From Phoronis australis (taxonomy: Eukaryota > Animalia > Phoronida), in assembly GCA_002633005.1 (NCBI GenBank), contig NMRA01000508.1, forward strand, positions 165,250-229,249: DNA of 64,000 bases, in the 5' to 3' direction. The position numbers and the translations under genes were made by a program. The notes beneath the pieces were generated by a model. That model searched no databases and had not been told where the DNA came from. It saw nothing but the letters and a program-made list of their open reading frames with translations. Shown here one piece after another: positions 61,201 through 64,000 of the stretch (positions are counted from its first letter, which is position 1; every line of letters starts with the position of its first letter).

Positions 61201-62968
61201 GGCATTGAAGAACTCAATTATACACAGGTTGGCGTTCCAGTTTTAATGGTAGGAATATTACAGCAAATCCCAACATCATGGCGAACTTATTTTCAGTGAA
61301 CCATTACGTCTGTCGTCGAGAATCAAATAGACGTCTATTGCGGGTTGACTCGACGGTACCCGTTGATTTGCGCACAAGGCCAAATCACGACAGAAGAGCA
61401 TAAGTTTACAAACTAAGGGGCGTCGCAACAATGCAAGAGCTGCAGTGGCAGCCGCTCTTGTAAACAGGTGCCAAGCCTAATACCAAATTGATAGCAACTG
61501 GGCTCTAGGCTATACGATTTGTTGAACATAAACATCTGATCAACGTACATAGAGATGTTTGCAATGTGCCGCTGTGATTATTAACATTTTGTTAGGAACT
61601 GCACTGTTATTAATATGCATTCAACGAAACGTTAACCATGTCAAAGAAGCGCCATCGTAAATAGCTGCACGCCCATTTAATCTACACCAAGACAGCCCAA
61701 TGCATGCACAAAACAATTCACCAGCAACACAATGAAATGTTTTGGTTTACAAAAATGTAGTCACGTTTTCTAAGCAAAATAATATATTGTGGGCCCGGCC
61801 TTGCTAATGCTCAGTTGATGCTAGGGCAACAATAAAAACCACGAACGTTCACTTTCTTTCCGGATTGACGTCTGTGCCCAACCACATAAAAAATCGTGTG
61901 CACCCAACCAGCAGTTGGGACGAATTTCACAGATATTCTGCCATATAAGTAGACGCTCTCACACGTTTACACTGAACCCAAGTAAAAAATGCTCCTTCGA
62001 TCGTTCTCGCGCTATTGGTCTCGTGCGCTCTCACGTTCACTTTTGGTGTTTCAGTGCATGCGCATTGTGAAGATCTAATTCTAATCCTTTGTTGTTGCTT
62101 AGCGAATAGTAGCCGGGAAAAGAAATCAAAAGACAAGAACGTCTTGTCTTGCGGTGCTGGAAAATCCAAAAAGCAAAAGGGAACGTTTATAAGGATACTC
62201 CAGCGGCCAACATGCACCACATACAGTACACAGCTTCCGGTTCTATTCGCAATTTAAACGATCGAGTTTTTCGCTCCTAAAAAAATCCGGGTACAGAAGT
62301 TGCGCTTTTCCCAGAGTACAGTTGGACCTGCAATCCAATGCACACAGAACAAAAAGCATATTACTAAAAAATAGTCATATTTATTCAAATTGCAACATTA
62401 AATTGACAAGCGTGCACACATTTGCATAGCAATTGTAATCAAGACATCACTCCGTCACAGAATACACATCGCCAAGACAACATCTCTTGTAACCATGGGG
62501 ACCCTGGAAGAAACAAGAAGAGGTCCCTGCTGAATGAATTAAAGACAAATCATTGCGTGGAGAAAACAATTTCATAGAGTTATAAACTGGTTAAACTTTA
62601 ACCGTTAAAGTAGACTTATGCATCACTGTGCCACGGGAGAATCATTGGACAGCACCCAACGGAAATGCACTGTGTTATACCTTCAAAACCTTTTAGTTTC
62701 AAAGATCAAGACTTACTGCAGCCAGGCCCCAATCTCACAAGCTACGGTTCGAGTTTGGAAGAATACCGCCCTTGTAAAACTGTTTAAACATGCCTACCTC
62801 CGGAAGTGTACAACGCCCTCGAGTGGCAGTTCATACAGTACTTGTCTTTAGTTCCATAACACAGACTAAGTGACTGACAGCAGCGATCTGGAAATTAGTG
62901 GTAAATTTCAGTTGCCGCATACAACTGCCAGTTTGACGACTAAAGCGATTGCTGGGAGCTAGAATGTA

Positions 62969-63187
62969 CCGTAAACGTTCGGGTTAACACCCATGTTTAC
63001 TTAACCGCCCATCCCCTACTTTAGATGGATTTTTTTATTTAACCGCCCACTGCTCGGTTAACCGCCCACCAGCGATTTCTTAAAATTTCACGGTTAAGCG
63101 CCCATGTCTGGTAATCCGATCTCATGACCCCCGATTTTTTGGGTTCGCCAATTCAACCGCCCAGGGCGTTAACCCTAACGTTTACGG
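62969..63187. mobile_element. Tc1/mariner-pogo-type MITE
   Basis: TA|CCGTAAACGTTCGGGTTAAC ... GTTAACCCTAACGTTTACGG|TA, with TA duplication and internal ttaaccgccca repeats. Confidence 0.8.
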
Positions 63188-63465
63188 TAAATCAAGAAGC
63201 TATGTGTTTCTTATAGATACTTTTAGACGACCACCTAGTGGTGATCAGACACACAGGGTTTGCTTTGTGCATCACACCGCCAGTGCATGGTCTTTTCCGC
63301 CATAATGACGTCACTGCAAAAATACCGAACAGAGAAAAAAAGGCAAAAAAGCATTTACATTGAATAAGTGCCTGAAAAGAACACCATACAAGGATTCTTG
63401 AGGAAACCCAAGTCAAGAAGCCTGGCAGTTCATTGCCCTTAGCAAATTGCATGTATGGCATTGCT

Positions 63466-63790
63466 CAGCGGCGGATCCAGGATTTTGAGTTGGGGGGCTA
63501 GCCAAGGGCACAAGAATCACCAGAATTTCGGCAGATGCGCGCGCCCAGCCTAAAATGTAAGGATGCCGGAGGTCTCGAATTTTTGGGTTTGCGGACCTTT
63601 TGACTAAAAAAAACGTAAACGGGGTTTGTTCAGGACCTATGCATCTATGCATTGTTTATTCACCCCCTCCGAGCCCCCCTGGTTGCGCGCATTTGTTAGT
63701 CAGCAATTCGCACCCGAACTGCCAAATGGTATCTGGTAGAATTTTAGGGGGGCCATGGCCCCCTAGGCCACCCCCCTAAATCAGCCACTG
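63466..63790. mobile_element. CAGTGGCGGAT-terminus MITE containing a nested GCGCGCACCCAG-family MITE
   Basis: CAGCGGCGGATCCAGG ... AAATCAGCCACTG flanked by TTGCT on both sides (5-bp duplication); nested element ~63533-63692. A related right end occurs at ~53505-53588. Confidence 0.6.
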
Positions 63791-64000
63791 TTGCTGTGTT
63801 CAAAAATAATACTCAAAACAAATTATAGTTACCAAAGTACAACGTGTTGCATTTCAAGTAGGTTTTACAATTGTTTTCATATAAAGTTTGAAGGGTTCAA
63901 AATATTCCAACCTTACCAAAAACGCCTCCAAGAAGGTACGGTAAAAATCTCCAGTTCGGCAGTCTCTAAAATTTGGAAAATTGAAATTTTAGCAGAAATT

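Overview
Intron-rich eukaryotic (animal, most likely marine invertebrate) genomic DNA from a draft assembly, with a 305-nt N gap and four single-n joins. The supplied ORF track is mostly noise, so I rebuilt genes by hand from GT-AG boundaries and phase continuity. Three genes: (1) + strand, 4626-14229, 8 coding exons, 286 aa: a secreted precursor with signal peptide, a 58-aa Arg/Leu/Ile/Pro repeat (23 Arg + 2 Lys, no acidic residue), a Cys-rich domain, a GKR amidation/cleavage site, two canonical EF-hands and a long Asp/Glu-rich tail. This is a candidate antimicrobial/host-defence peptide precursor with a Ca2+-binding anionic propiece, and the most interesting object in the window. (2) - strand, 15575-29032, at least 14 coding exons, at least 610 aa: a class-V PLP aminotransferase / cysteine-desulfurase-like enzyme whose first coding exon is cut by an assembly join. 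(3) + strand, 54293-57230, 2 coding exons, 85 aa: a neuropeptide-type precursor predicted to release a 30-aa peptide ending MNSLKF-amide. The rest is transposon-rich: two decayed Kolobok elements (THAP + KolX remnants, TTAA target site), two LINE RT remnants, an Academ-like Cys-finger remnant, several MITE families, tRNA-derived SINE-like pieces, microsatellites and an intronic ~140-145-bp repeat carrying CTCF-like motifs. Family names come from my recall of motifs; no database search was run.
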